64,000 bases of DNA from positions 81,654,001 to 81,718,000 of the forward strand of contig NC_042997.1 in NCBI RefSeq assembly GCF_006345805.1, read 5' to 3'. The translations under genes were made by a program, and so were the position numbers. Below, in pieces: positions 39,442-53,690 of this stretch; position 1 is the stretch's first letter; every line of letters begins with the position of its first letter. The notes under the pieces are model-generated. The model ran no database searches and was not told the DNA's origin. It saw nothing but the letters and a program-made list of their open reading frames with translations. This DNA comes from Octopus sinensis (lineage: Eukaryota).

Positions 39442-41215
39442 TAATAAGGATAATCCTTTCTACAGAAAACACAAGGCCTGAAATTTGGGTGTGGGGACGG
39501 GATTAGTCGATTATATCGACCCCGGTGTTTCACTAGTATTTGACTTATCAACCCCGAATGGATGAAAGCCAAAGTCGACCTTGGCGGAATTAGAGCTCAC
39601 AACGTAGCGACGGGCAAAATACCACTAAGCATTTCATCCAGCGTGCTAACGATTTTGTCCGGTCGCTGCCTGATGCAGTACCAGGCACTGGCTCTCATGG
39701 CTTTTGATCTTAACTGATTGGAAGTGTTATAATGTATGTGTTTTGTCTTGGTATGAAATTTAGGTTACAGCAAATATTCTGCTCAATACCATAAGTTTGC
39801 TTGTCAGCTGTTTGACCTTAACCAGTTGAGCATGTCCCTTAGTGGCTGATAATATGTGCATCTCTGATCACGAGCAGAAGTAGTGGGGAGAGCATCATAA
39901 CCATATGTTGAGAGATATTCTTTAAGGTTTGAATAATTAATCTCTGGGAATATGGGTATTTCATTCATCATCCTTGAATAAGCCTTATTCAGGAACCTTT
40001 TGAGCGGGATGGGCCACTTGACCTGAAGATATGAGATCCCCATGTCGTATACATATGGTTGTGATGCATGTACTTAGTGTACCCTTGTCAGACGGGCAGT
40101 CATTATGGGTATATTGGGCTTAGTATATTTGTACCCCAAGAATCACTTTGATGGCATGCACTACTCTCTTACTCAATAATGATAATAAAGATAATAACAA
40201 TAATTTTGGCACAAGGCCAGTAAGATCGGGGAGAGGATAAGTCAATTACATCGACCCCAGTGTTCAACTGGTTCTTATTTTATTGACTTGAGAGGATGAA
40301 AGGCAAAGTCAACCTCGGCTGAATTTGAACTCAGAACGGTAAAGACGGACGAAATACCACTAAGCATTTTGCCAGGCCTGCTAATAATTCTGCCTGCTCG
40401 CCGCCTTAACAACAACGACAACAACAATGATAATAATAATAGTAAATTGGGGTATAAAGGTAAAAACAATGTCAATAATAAAAGGAGCATTGGGCATGAT
40501 AACAAAAAACATATGAACAAAAATTTAGAAGCTATACCCGAATCTTACACACTGTCCAAAAAATAGCCCTGCTAGGAACAGCCTACTTCCTACACAAGAC
40601 ACGGTCAATCCAATAATACAACCTAAACAAGACAATCCACAAATGCAAGACACACTCTATACAGTATTTATCCAGTGAAATAAGCTACCACCAGCAAGCT
40701 AGAAAACCAAAGCATTACACACTCAACACACAATACAAGCAGTAACACAACAAAAGACAGCACCACACCTCAAAGAAAAAAGCTAACACAATACAGTACT
40801 GGGAAGAGTTCGCATAGTCTCAACAGCAGAAAAGAACACACAATGATGCACACACCCCAAGCAACACGGTAGTGTAGCAGGTGATGCAGTAGAAATTTGC
40901 TTCATAGCCATGTGTAGAGAGGAATTCTTTGGGGGCTGGATAATTTACCTCTGGAATCATGGGTGTTTCGGTCAACATCCTTAAACAACCCTTATTCAGA
41001 GACCTTTTGAGCGGGATGGGCTACTCGACCTGAAGAAAATTCTAACTGACCTGCAAGGTCATGTGCTGTTTATCTTGATATAAGATCACTATGTTGCGCA
41101 CATATGGTTGTGATGCCTGGTGTACCCTTATCAAACGGGTAGTCATGCTGGGTATACTGGGCTTCGTATATTTTACCCCAATGTCACTTTGATGGCATGC
41201 ACTGTTCTCTCATTC

Positions 41216-41251
<36 letters not shown>

Positions 41252-41255
<4 letters not shown>

Positions 41256-43118
41256 CACAAAGATTGAACAAGCTCCTGGACGAAAACAACCTGTTTCCAG
41301 AAGAACTGAAAGGATGCCGCAAAGGCTCATATGGCTGTAAAGATCAACTAATGATCAATAAAGCCATAACTGAAGACAGCCACAGAAAGAAGAAAGGCCT
41401 CAGTATAGCCTGGATCGACTACAAAAAGGCGTTTGATAGCATCCCCCACACATGGATCCTCGAAACACTAGCCATTAACAATGTTGCACCAACAATTATA
41501 AAATACATAGGACACTCTATGAATAAATGGCAGACAGTGCTGCAGCTCCAAACAAAAGAGGGACTCATGAAAACCAAAGCCATCCCCATTAGAAGAGGAA
41601 TATTCCAGGGAGACACGCTCTCTCCACTCCTTTTCTGCTTGGCACTGTCACCTCTATCGGATATGCTAAACAGAACTGGATGCGGATATAACTGTTACGG
41701 CAAAACGATCAGCCACCTTTTATATATGGATGACCTAAAACTATACGCCATAAATGACAAACAGCTGGAAACACTACTAAAGACAGTTCATGGATTTACC
41801 AAAGAAATGGATATGAAATTTGGATTAGAAAAATGCGCCAAAGTAATCCTGAAAAGAGGAAAACTAGTTAAGAGTAGCAACATCACACTAGATAAAACCA
41901 ATGAAATAAAAGAATTAGACCAAAGCCAAACTTACAAATACTTAGGAATCCATGAACTAGATAAGACACAACACACACAAATGAAAGAGAAAATAAAAAA
42001 GAATATTACAGACGAGTTAGATCAATACTGAAAACAGAGCTCAATGCTAAAAACAAGATAATAGGTATCAACACTTTAGCCGTCCCAGTTATAAGTTACA
42101 GCTACAATATCCTTAACTGGACACTAAATGAACTGACCAAAATATAGATAGGAAAACAAGAAAAATAATGACAGGATCTAGGATGCATCACCCAAAATCT
42201 GATACAACGTATAGAAGGTGGTAGAGGCTTTATACAGCTGGAAAACTATTATAAAATAACCACCATAGGACAGCAACGAACCATGATAAAACGATGGCAA
42301 GAAAAGCCCCTTCATGGTAAATGCTGGACTAAACTAAATGCAAAAGAAATAGACAAAGAAAAATCCCAGCAATGGTTGAGAAGCTCAGGACTCAAAGCAG
42401 AGACAGAAGGATTTTTAATTGCAGCACAAGACCAAAGCCTCCCCACCAGAAATTACCAAAAACATGTAATGAAAAGAAATATAACAAGTAACTGCAGAAT
42501 ATGTGGAGATGGACAAGAGACAATAAATCATATTATCTCTGGCTGCCCAGTCCTGGCTAAGAAGGAATATATTCACAGACACGACAGAGTTGGGACCTAT
42601 ATACACTGGAAGCTATGCCAACATTATGAAATAACAACAGAAAAAACGAGAAAGCAACCATACTCTGGGATATGCCGATACACACAGATAGAGAAATTAA
42701 GGCCAACAGACCAGATATAGTTGTCAGAGATCATGAAGAAAAAAATGCTTTCTAATTGATGTATCAATACCAGCAGATGACAATGTGTCTCTATAAGAAA
42801 TGGAGAAACTTTCAAAATACAAAGACCTGGAAACAGAGGTAACCAGAATGTGGAATCTAGAAACAGAAACAATTCCTATCATAATAGGTGCATTAGGCAT
42901 GATAAAAAAATATTCAGACAAATACATAACAAAAACACTAGGACTTACAAATATATATAACATACAGAAAATTGCACAACTAGGCACTGCACACATCCTA
43001 CGCAGAACTCTTTCCATACAATAACCACCAGAGCATCACAACAAATCACAGCACATACTCAAGGCACACAGAGCTGCGCTCGGTAGTGAAGTGAAAGTAC
43101 GTTATAAAAATAAAACTA

Positions 43119-43121
<3 letters not shown>
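41252..43121 (+). mobile_element. 5'-truncated R4/Dong-clade LINE between (AAT)n tracts
   Basis: RT motifs AWIDYKKAFDSIPH, GIFQGDTLSPLLF, HLLYMDDLK, YKYLG, then CCHC (CRICG..ETINHIISGC), RHD, RPD and KYKDL..IIIGALG. Several frameshifts. Confidence 0.95.
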
Positions 43122-43156
<35 letters not shown>

Positions 43157-45329
43157 TGATGATGATGATGATGATGATGATACGATGATGAATGATGATG
43201 ACGATGAAGATATAAGATGGATTGTCTCATTGAAGACGACGTATGAGTGTTCAATGTTTGCTGAACGACCTGCACAAATAACTTGTTTATAGCGGTCCCT
43301 CCATCAAGTCGACATTGCCTGGACAGGTGCACGAGTGCACCACACATCAGATGTCGAAATGATTGCAGAGCAACGTGAAATAGAGTGTTTTGCTCGAGAA
43401 CAAAACACTCCGTTCGGTCCGGGAATGGAATCCATGATCTAGCGCAACACCCTAACCACTTGGCCACACAATAATAATTATTTCTGACTTAGGTTGAAGG
43501 ACAGCGACTTTAATACTTGACTGGAAAATCAAGATAAATCAGATAAATAAATTAAGAAAAGAACAAAGCATTTAAATGTCGTAGATTAATTATTGAGAGG
43601 TGAGAGACCTAGTAGAAATCATGTGAAAGAAACTAAAAGGACATTTAAAAAGCGAACTCCAGTTCGTCACTTAATGCCACTCGTCAAACAGACTTTGATT
43701 TTAGGTTTACTATCGCCATTTGTGATACTACGAAAAAATATTGATAAAATGTTTTTTGAAAGGGAGGTTAAGAATAAAGAGAAAGGAAAGGAAGAAAAAA
43801 GATCAAGATAAGAAGTAACACTGTCCTTATGTTTTGGAATAGAGGTGAGCAACTCAGAGAAGCTGCTTTATAACATTCTCATTCGGTGCTGAAAGCCATT
43901 TAATCGATTGAGTAAATGGATTTAAGTAGTAGCTATTCAAAAATAATGAAGAATTAATTTTGACAGATACAGTTTTATATAAACAGGCAAGCAAGAATTG
44001 AAAGCTGTGTACAAAATAATAATAATAATAATAAGTACGATATGAGTAAACTTATAGCAATTTATCAACCTCTCCATAAACATCTTGGTTGTTCATAATA
44101 CTGAATCGAAAATCCAAAACCCTTCAGAAATCGAATGTATTTCGATGAAGCGGTATCGCTGTGCTTTTTTTTACTATTATTAGCTACTCATTTGCTCACT
44201 GCCTATCTATTTTATATTACCTGCTCGGACAATATATCTCAACAAAAAGGCTGAATGATAGTAGGTGGAATTGTTTTAACCGTATGTCTGCAGAATCTGA
44301 ACAACAATAACAACTAAAACAACAAACTGAGAGGCTGTCTTGTATCGTGTCATCGGTGCTTAGCTGTGTTCAGATCAAAAATGCTTATCTCTCAGTGGTC
44401 TACCTGACCATCCAATTGTGGAAGTGGTCGCTGTACAAAGTGATCTGATTTCAACACTTCTTCCATAGAAAAGTTATTTGCGGGAATCTGAAGCCCTCGT
44501 CCGAGGGAAAATGCTAGTTATCTAATCAATACAACAAAAACGAGAATTATGTTCTACGCAGCTCAGAGCAAGTTTTAAAAAAAAATCGGGAATATTTCAA
44601 GTTTAACTTATTCAGATATTTTTTAAAGTTCTTCAGGAGTTTTACGTTTAAGATTGTTGATACACAATTGTTTAAACTCAACTACGACAATGATTACCAC
44701 CATCTCAAGAAATCCCGTTTTGGAATTTTTATAGGTTTATTCTACTTTGATGACTATGTGGCTTCTTTCTCTCTTCAAGCTCATGCAGGAGTCAGGGATT
44801 GAAATCGACTTTACATAATGGAGCACACCACTGTTTGTATTGTTTTACTACACTTTCTCACGTTGATGACGATTATGATGATGATGATGATGACGACGAC
44901 GACGACTTGATAACAAAGTTACATTGTGGCTACATTGGGGGATGTGTAGGCTGGACAGGCTAAAGAGCAGCGAAAGGTGATATGAACACCACCCGTTTCC
45001 AGTCGCAGAGAATGATCAAGTGAAACTCATACGGGATACGACAATTTAAACACATAAGAAGCTGCAACACACACGCAGACATACACGCGCACACATGCTG
45101 CAACACACACGCAGACATACACGCACACTCATGCATACATGCACGTACACAAATGCATGCATACACGTACACACATGCATATACATACGCACACACATGC
45201 ATACAAACACACACACGCAAATACACAGAATTTTTCTCGTTCAAAGTAAGTTAAAAACCAAAGATGATGATAATGTTCCGCTTGAACTTAAATTATAAGG
45301 CAGAAAGCTCGATCCAAAGGAACATCTAG

Positions 45330-46500
45330 AACAGTGTTTCACAATATTCTGTTCGTCCAACACTTCTTTAATGACAAGTTGAATAGGACAACACTTTTCC
45401 TTATATCTTCAGTAGTCGTTTCTTATACATTTTTTATTATAGTGGAAATTGCAAATGGAAAAAAAATAATTATAAAATAAAGAAAAAGAAAAAAAAAATG
45501 ATTAAAAAAAACTTATAATCATTTAGCAACAGACTAGATGAAAATATTCACATGGTTAACAACAAATATGCTGTACACGAAATGGAGACCAACAAAATGA
45601 GTGACTTGTTATTTTCACCAGTTTTTCGATGTTTGGTTTAGAATTTGTTAGTGCCAATCTTATCCCATGAACAAGACGTGTACGTGCTCTTATTTTTTGT
45701 ATGTTGTGGGGAAATAGAATTATTGAAGCGCTAACTTTGCAAGTTGAAGGTATGAAGCTAGAAGTTTTAATCAGAAGTCAATTGAGGAAAGAGATCAGAG
45801 AAAAAATTTCTTGTCTTTGTTATTTTGTAGTTCTTGGCAACTCTGCTTTAAGGTTTTCAATTCCATCCATGACCAATGAGAAAGTGTTGCTGAATTCAGG
45901 CGTCAACAGTTTCCTTCAACATATACTTCTACTTATTGACAGATTTCAGAAGCTCTGACAATATCTTCTTTCAACGATGGATCGATTATTCTCCAACCTT
46001 TTCTACAACCAGGAAAAATAAAGAGAAATTTTAAGTGTGCTAGATCGGTTCTTTCAAAGTGAAATCTTTTTCTTAAATATTTCAACCTTATCATATTGCA
46101 ACCCGTTTACTTCGAATCCCTACTTTGAGAGGTTCAGTTCATTCAAATGATTATTAGATACGTCTGACAAGCAGCCAAAGTAAATTCATGGCTCTCAAAC
46201 TTTTCTACTGAAGTGTTTCCATGTTCTCGAATGAAAACGGCAATTTCTTTTAGACGTGATAGTCAGTCGTAGTTTGCTGGTCAGTGTTGGACTCATGGTC
46301 TTAACTTCACGTTGTTCTAGTCAACTCAGCAGATAATTAGTTACATCTGTTGCATACTCTCAGTTCCAAATCTTAGAAAGGCAAGATGTCAATGGCCCTT
46401 GATGACTACAGTAGACTGGGTGATGATCAAGTATTGTAGTTTTTAACAGTCTTTCTCCCAATCAAAATATCTCAAAATCATTTTGTATGCAACGCTGATA
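45330..46500 (-). mobile_element. Decayed hAT (Charlie/Buster-like) transposon
   Basis: Terminus CAGTGTTTCACAA after TCTAGAA. A minus-strand remnant near 46130-46180 resembles 'LAYL.DIF.HLNELNLSLQ'. Confidence 0.55.
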
Positions 46501-46899
46501 ATAATTTTGTTATTTCCACATCCATACGCGTCATGTCCCAGTCTTTCTCTCATATTGGAAACAAAAGAACAAATTGCAATGGATCATAATTCTAATCCAG
46601 TTAGCTAATTTGCTCGAACCCCTGATCGTCTCTCCTGTATCTCCCTCTACGTTTGTTCTACATAGAATGATCCTAGGATTGAAAATCTGACCTTCATTTG
46701 GTTCTTGAACATCTAGCATTGTGATCTGATGTAAGAGCATTTGGGCTGCTATTTCTAGCAGGTAAGGCGATCGCAGGAGGTTGCAAACGGTTTACAAGAG
46801 TTACCTCCCTTAGATATACTTAGAAACGTGATATTCTGTATTAGAAGGCTGGCCGAAACATTTTGAATTTAATACCAAAACTTTGTGACAGTTATCTCC

Positions 46900-47095
46900 G
46901 TTACCTACAATAATACAATTAACAAGAGTCAAGGATAATCACTCAAACTTGTTGGACTTCACCTCATGCAGCAGTGCTTTTCCCATGGTCAGCTTTATGC
47001 TGGTTGTTCCAGAGTTGGAAATGGCAACAATCTGTTCGTACTAACACCAAATGGTAAAACCATGAATGTTGTTCGTCCTGCTGCTTTACAGGGAT
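46900..47095 (+). mobile_element. Helitron Pif1-like helicase C-terminal fragment
   Basis: TINKSQG*SLKLVGL...CFSHGQLYAGCSRVG...TMNVV. Confidence 0.85.
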
Positions 47096-48594
47096 CTCCA
47101 AATGTCACAATGATACAAAATTATCCAAATGTGAAACTCTGTGATAAAAATCTGAAATGGTAGGATACCAATAAATGTTTGCATTTGACGGATATTTGTC
47201 CTCATCTTGTGTCTTGGGGAAATTTCGAATCTGGGTTCTCATTCCTAAGGTATTTTTCGATGTTGTTATAGAACTGTACCAATAAATGTTTTATTATTAT
47301 TGCTCTCTTCAGATTTAGGCCGAAGGCCCAATTAACCCTCTTCAGGAGCTAGCTTTAAAATCGGCTTAAAAGTGCGGCTTTTAAGCTAGTGTTTACATAA
47401 AACAATGTTACAATGTACACAACTATTTTACCATGTTCCATTTAGAATAGTATAGTAATTTTTCGTAGAAATGAATCAACGATAAAAAAAAGATGTTGCA
47501 TTTCTCAGTTGTTAAGTGAGATGATGCATGTTAAGTAGCAACAGCTTCTTTCCATTGAAACATAGAATAATGTACAATCAACAGCAAGGTTGAACGTCTG
47601 TATCAGAGAAGTAAACTTGAGCAAAGGACGTATGTGTGATCTCAGGCAGACAATGATCCAGTTGACAGAGGGTGTTACATCCCTTTGGACCTGCCATTCG
47701 TAAATTATAAACTGTCCTTACTTACTTGAGCAGTATTACTGTAGATACTTCGATTTCTTCCTGATATCTAATAACAAATAAGTGGAATAGGTCATCGACG
47801 ATTTGGTGTTACCCAGTTTGGTGTATCGTGTTACCCAGTGCCAACTCAGATTGAACGAGCAAAGCTATGGTAAAAGTGCAAGTTGTGACCAACCTGTCTT
47901 TTTCTTCAGGTATAATGTATCTAGAGACACGCCAACCAACGTGATCCCCACTTTGTTAAGACAATAGGGTAGCATTAATGGTAGATTGCTAGCAGGCCAA
48001 ATGACTTTTCTTCTTGATGTTTAGCTCAAGGCCAGCCTTAACAGAAAGTATTCCAGCAATCACCGTCTCTTATTTTCCCAGGCACAATGTACTTTGGATT
48101 GTATTATCCCATGTCTTCTATTTTTAATATGGCAGACATCTTGCCGTATTAGAAATATGAGATGATCAGCGACAGGCAACAATTCAGTTAACAAAAGCTA
48201 AAACATCACTTTGAAGCCCCAAATCTTTAGTTTTTAACTATGTCCCTATTGATTAGGGCAATAAATAAGTGGAAAGGGCCATCGAGGACTTGGTGTCATA
48301 CAAAGGACTTGAGTTGGGGATTTAGTTGCTATTTCTAGCAAGCTGAGCGATCGCATGGACATTTCTCCTTTGGCCTGTTACTGTGGTTGTTGGCAATGGT
48401 GATAGCGGTGGTGGCGATGGTGGTGGTGGCCGTTGTTGTCGTAAATTGACGGCGTGGGTGTAAGAACTAATTCAAGCAATTTTAAAGAAGCAAAATTATC
48501 TCTACCTTAATTGATGACACCCTATCTGATGCATTTAGCTTTTGTGTACATTTGCAAGGACAAACATTAACAACATGACACCGTCACAATTGTC

Positions 48595-48643
<49 letters not shown>

Positions 48644-48652
48644 TATATATAT

Positions 48653-48704
<52 letters not shown>

Positions 48705-49228
48705 TACATACATACACATATACATGTAAGTATATACACGTATATATGTGTGTATATATATATACATACATATATATCACCTAGAGTCCTCACTAAAAAA
48801 TTCCTATGGTATATTAAATAGTAAACGTTGGCCTATTTACTGAATGCATTTCCAATTTCTAGTTTAGTTGATTAAACCCCCACCTTTTTCTTTGATAAAT
48901 TACTTGCCTCTCTCTTTGTCAACTTATTAACCAATCATCTACTTTTCTATACTTTCTGTTACTTCCCTCAAAATTCTTCCTCTAACTTCTCGAGATAATT
49001 GCCACGAGATAAACATCCAAAAGCAAACGAAAGGAGCTGAGTCAAAATAAAGCAACCATAAACAAAATAAAATGATACAAGTAAGTATAAAAATTCAAAA
49101 TAAAGTATTTTTTAAAAACGTGTTTGGTTTTGGTGTGGCTAAGTTAGTATTAAACATGTATCGAATAAAACTAACAAATACAAAAATAACATGTGACCCT
49201 AGAAGATATTCTAAACAATACCAGAAGA

Positions 49229-49236
49229 TATAAAAG
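49229..49236 (+). promoter_or_regulatory. TATA box of pacifastin-like gene copy 1
   Basis: TATAAAAG 83 bp upstream of the ATG, conserved in copy 2. Confidence 0.7.
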
Positions 49237-49311
49237 TAGCCCTGCTTTTCTTATTTTTACAACAGACATCGGTATTTCAAACGCACGAGTTAGTTTTCCG
49301 ATCCTGCAAAA

Positions 49312-49372
49312 ATGAAATCGTTTATCTTCGTCGGCATCCTCACAGTTCTGACTGCCGTTCTTTCGGCACCAT
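49312..49372 (+). CDS. Pacifastin-like inhibitor gene copy 1, exon 1 (signal peptide MKSFIFVGILTVLTAVLSAP)
   Basis: AAAAATG start context, classic signal peptide, phase-1 donor T|GTAAGT. Confidence 0.85.
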
Positions 49373-49929
49373 GTAAGTTAAACTCTTTTAGCTTATATTT
49401 CATTTCTCTATTTAACCATCAATGTTGTATTTTTTGAATCATTTCAAATCTTATTTTAGGTGAGTCAGTAATTAAATAGGCACAAGTTATTTTGAAGGGA
49501 AGAGTCCAGACGATACCATAAACCCCAGTGTCTAACTGGGACTTTATTTTTTACAACTTCGTGAAGACGAAAGGCAAAGATGATAAGATTTGAACTCAGA
49601 ACAAAGAGCCGGAAAATATACGGAAAAGTGTATCTACATATATATATTTACATAATACATGCATGCATACATGCATACATACATACATACATACATACAT
49701 ACATACATACATACACACATACACACATACATACATACATACATACATACATACATACATACATACATACATACACACACATACATACAAACATACATGA
49801 TGGCCGATGACTCGTTAAAAGAGCATGACCATGGTTGACTATATAAGATGTATTATAGCATCACATTTTGTGAGAACGTCAATGGCTCTTGAATCCCGTA
49901 GTTGTTTACAGAACTTATTTCAAGTCAAC

Positions 49930-50435
49930 ATTCATACGAGTTCTTCCGACTTCTTAGACGTTTTGGATAATTCAAAATGATTTTCTTTATGCATTCTAAT
50001 GTGTCTAGATAAATCCGAGCGATTTATATACGTTTTCTTGCAAACAATACATGAAATGTGAGCATCATCAGGAAGTCGTTGTTGTTTATAACAGGTCTTT
50101 CTGTGTGGCTTCTCTGGTGACTCACCTGGCCTGCACGAGACATATGTGGTAAGAGACTTCACAGACTATGTGAGGAACTGCAGGGTCAACGGAATTGTCT
50201 TTTCGTGCTGATCACTTTCTGCGTAACCACTCGTTTGCATTTCGTTGGAACGTGCTCACTCTGTATAAGACGCTTTGCTTCCAGGTTTTCCTGTCACGTG
50301 ATATGTCTTCTCACACCTGTTTTAAAATCTCCAAGAATCCAAGTCCTTGCTTTCTTGGCTTATATTGTGGTCAAATGTCTTCCGACAGTTCGTCACACAA
50401 CATTTGTTTGATAATTCTGTTGTCATCAAAATCAA
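49930..50435 (-). mobile_element. RTE-clade LINE 3' remnant in intron 1
   Basis: Homologous to 63470-63965, whose minus strand reads RIPKQIMYG...PQHKARKRFRDNLKDNLKA. C2H2-like CIVCKKTYINRSDLSRHIRMH near the end. Confidence 0.7.
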
Positions 50436-50517
50436 GACGTACAAACGCACATTTGCATACATACATACATACATACATACATACATACATACATACATAC
50501 ATACATACATACATACA

Positions 50518-50548
<31 letters not shown>

Positions 50549-51244
50549 GTGTATAGAGGCAAGTATGCGGATAAGCAAATTAAATATATCAAATATAATA
50601 ATTTCGGCATGACATACAAATATGTATATATGTATATATGCAAAATGAGAGAAAGCAAAAAGAGGACACTTTCAGACGATGAATATTTAAGTATAATTAT
50701 AAAGACATTTATATTAATAGATCTAACTTAGACTACAAGCGACAGAGAAAATCAAAGCGGAGGAAGAATGGTGTTGTAAGTCCAACAGCTGTTACTAGGT
50801 GCTCGGAGATTCCTTATAATGACCCCCACCTTTGAGCTCTGCATTAGGATCTTAGATGTAAGATATTTTTTACCTTAATGAGAGCGGCTCGATTGCTTCC
50901 ATTACGGCCGCATGTTGTGATGAACTACATCCACCAACAACTTCTCTTGTTAATAAATCCTTGGGGTGTCTTCTGAAGAAACAAAATGCCTTTTGTTGAA
51001 CTCCCTTTTTGATGAAATTCCCACACATACACACGCGCACACAATTTAATAAACACATGAACTAAGAGAAATAATGCAGAGTGGCTGGTGGCATATATTC
51101 ATACAACAAATATGCTACATAAATTCTTGATTTATTGAAATTATCTTCGCTTCCAGTGAAGGTAAAACAATTGCCTGGTGGCAGTTGGGACCAATACCAA
51201 AGCATCTGTTGTCAAGTGATGGCGGGGGAGCAAACACAAACACG

Positions 51245-51281
<37 letters not shown>

Positions 51282-51564
51282 TCATACGAAGGGCTTCTTT
51301 CAATTTCCATCTACAAAATCTACTCACAAGGCTTTGGTCGGCCCGAGGCTATAGCAGAAGACACTTGCCCAAGGTGTGACGCAGTGGGACTGTACCCGGA
51401 ACCATGTGGTTGAGAAGCAAGCTTCTAACTACACAGCCACGCCTGCGTCTAGACATATACGTAAAATATTAAAACGTACAAGAAACTTTGCATAATTTAA
51501 ACGAATATTCCTACATACATACATACATGCATACATACATACATACATACATACATACATACAT

Positions 51565-51595
<31 letters not shown>

Positions 51596-52625
51596 TGCAC
51601 ACGTACATGTGTTCGTGTGAGTGTGTGTGTGTGCGCGTGCGTGTGTTTGTGTGTGTATGTGTACAACGTTACTTCTCGTGATAGTTAAATGTATGTTAAC
51701 ACCTCCATGTTGCATACTTGGCGAAGTTGTTATGAGCACAAATTATTTAATCGGAGGACATAACATATATACCATTAAAAATAGCATTAAGTACCATCCA
51801 GTTACCTACACCTCCTTGGCGATGGGCCCGGAAATGTGTATATATATGATAAACATTGACGGTTTGTGTATACATACTATGGAACTGCAACACCCTCTAT
51901 TTCCACTCGATATTCAATATAACGAGTCCTTTTGCTTTGATTCTTTGTTTATACTTGTACATTATATAATCCTTAAGCTTAATGTCAGTAGCCATCCCTT
52001 AGTTTATGAAAAAATTACAAAAATCCTTATATAGAACTGTACGCTTCACAGTTCCAGTGACGCGGTGTCTGGCTGCTATTTGCATGCTCACATGTCCGAG
52101 ATAGGAGGCTGCACTTTAGGGAGAGAGAGCACTGTCATTCACACAGTGCTGACTCTGGTATACTGGTGAAAGGTAGTGTTTTTTGTTGACTCCACTTGTG
52201 TTCTGCTTAAAAACGTGTTTATATTCTTGAATGTGATAAGGTGTAGAATTAGATTATTATCCTGTTGCTGCCAGGATTTTAAAAATAGGGCAGATTTCCC
52301 CACCCTCATATTTTGATGTAGGAGGGATTTTTGAAAAACAAGGGGGAATTAACGGCGCTGTTCAGTGAACAATTAAACACACTACTCGGCAGTGGCTAAA
52401 ACGCGAACCGATCAAGTTTATGAATAAATTTTCTTTTTATATGTTTGTTTCCTTTTACACAATATTAAAACAACGGCTAAAAATTTTCTGTTGCTGCACC
52501 CCTACTAATTTTATCTACGAGCCGCCACTGATGATGAAGGAGAATGAGGCGAATGCGTGTTTATGTGCAGTGGTTTATATGCCGTAAAAACTTGATAAAA
52601 CAACTTATTTGCGTTCAATTTTTAG

Positions 52626-52766
52626 CAACGCAAGGTGAACACTGCAATTATAATGGACAGATACATCAAGTCAACACAAGCTTCCCGTCCTCTGATGGCT
52701 GCAACACGTGTTTTTGTCAAGGTCAAGATGTGGTTGCCTGTACACTGATTGGCTGTGTTAGCATTG
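52626..52766 (+). CDS. Pacifastin-like gene copy 1, exon 2 (domain 1)
   Basis: TTTTTAG acceptor and GTATGT donor, phase 1-1, 141 nt. Encodes TQGEHCNYNGQIHQVNTSFPSSDGCNTCFCQGQDVVACTLIGCVSI. Confidence 0.9.
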
Positions 52767-53039
52767 GTATGTAATCTTATGTCTTTATCATATACTTCAT
52801 GCTGTATAAATCATTTGTTGGGTAATGTAGTCCTAGATACATTATGTAATAAAATAATCAGCTATGAATGCTGTTACAGCATATCAATCTTCACCACGAG
52901 TGGGACAAACAAGAGCAAGACCTGGCGTTAACAGGGAAGATGTATACATAGAGGGAGAGAGAGTTAAAGGTGATGAGTTCACCCAAGATTGACATAATAG
53001 TATTACAGGCCCCTGGGCAAATCGATGCACTGGGCACTA

Positions 53040-53432
53040 TTGTGTTTATTGATAACAAGATGGAATTATGTAAGCACGTGCTAAAACTCCTCATAACTTT
53101 TTCTAGTTTTACGAATTTTTCCAAATTTTTTTCGATTATGTCTTATGAATAATGAATTGATACGATTATGCAAAAAAAAAAGTTCTTTTTTTAAAATCCT
53201 CCCCAACCTCCAATTTTTTTCTTTTTTGCCATTCGTGTCTTTAAAATATGGACAATCTGAATCTACCATTCGTTTCTCTTTATAATTTCCAACTAATTTT
53301 TTTAAGTACTTCAAAATCAAAATTGCGTAAATATGTGTGCCAGAAACGGTAGTTAAAAATTAAGGAAATAGATTTTTGGGAGATCCCTTATTATGACTGA
53401 CTTTTATTCCATTATTCTACTATCTTCTGAAA

Positions 53433-53481
<49 letters not shown>

Positions 53482-53690
53482 AAATGCATACAGAAACATA
53501 TATAAATATACACATACACACATTTTATAGAGTTAGTTTATATACATCCTGCATAAACGTATCAATTCCATTATGCAGAAGACAGAATCGAAAAAAATTT
53601 GTAAAAATTCGTAAAAATAAAAGAAGTTATTAGAGGTTTTAGCACATACTTACATCATAATTCCGCCGATAGCAAATAACATACATAGAA
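53040..53690. mobile_element. Long-TIR MITE in intron 2
   Basis: TAAGCACGTGCTAAAACTCCTCATAACTT (~53071) is inverted at ~53625-53652. Central (TA)n. Confidence 0.5.

Noticed and set aside
52544-52774. Single-exon ORFs 52544-52774 and 54466-54735 as standalone genes
   Set aside because: Only their internal parts are coding. They are better explained as exons 2 and 3 of the spliced inhibitor gene.
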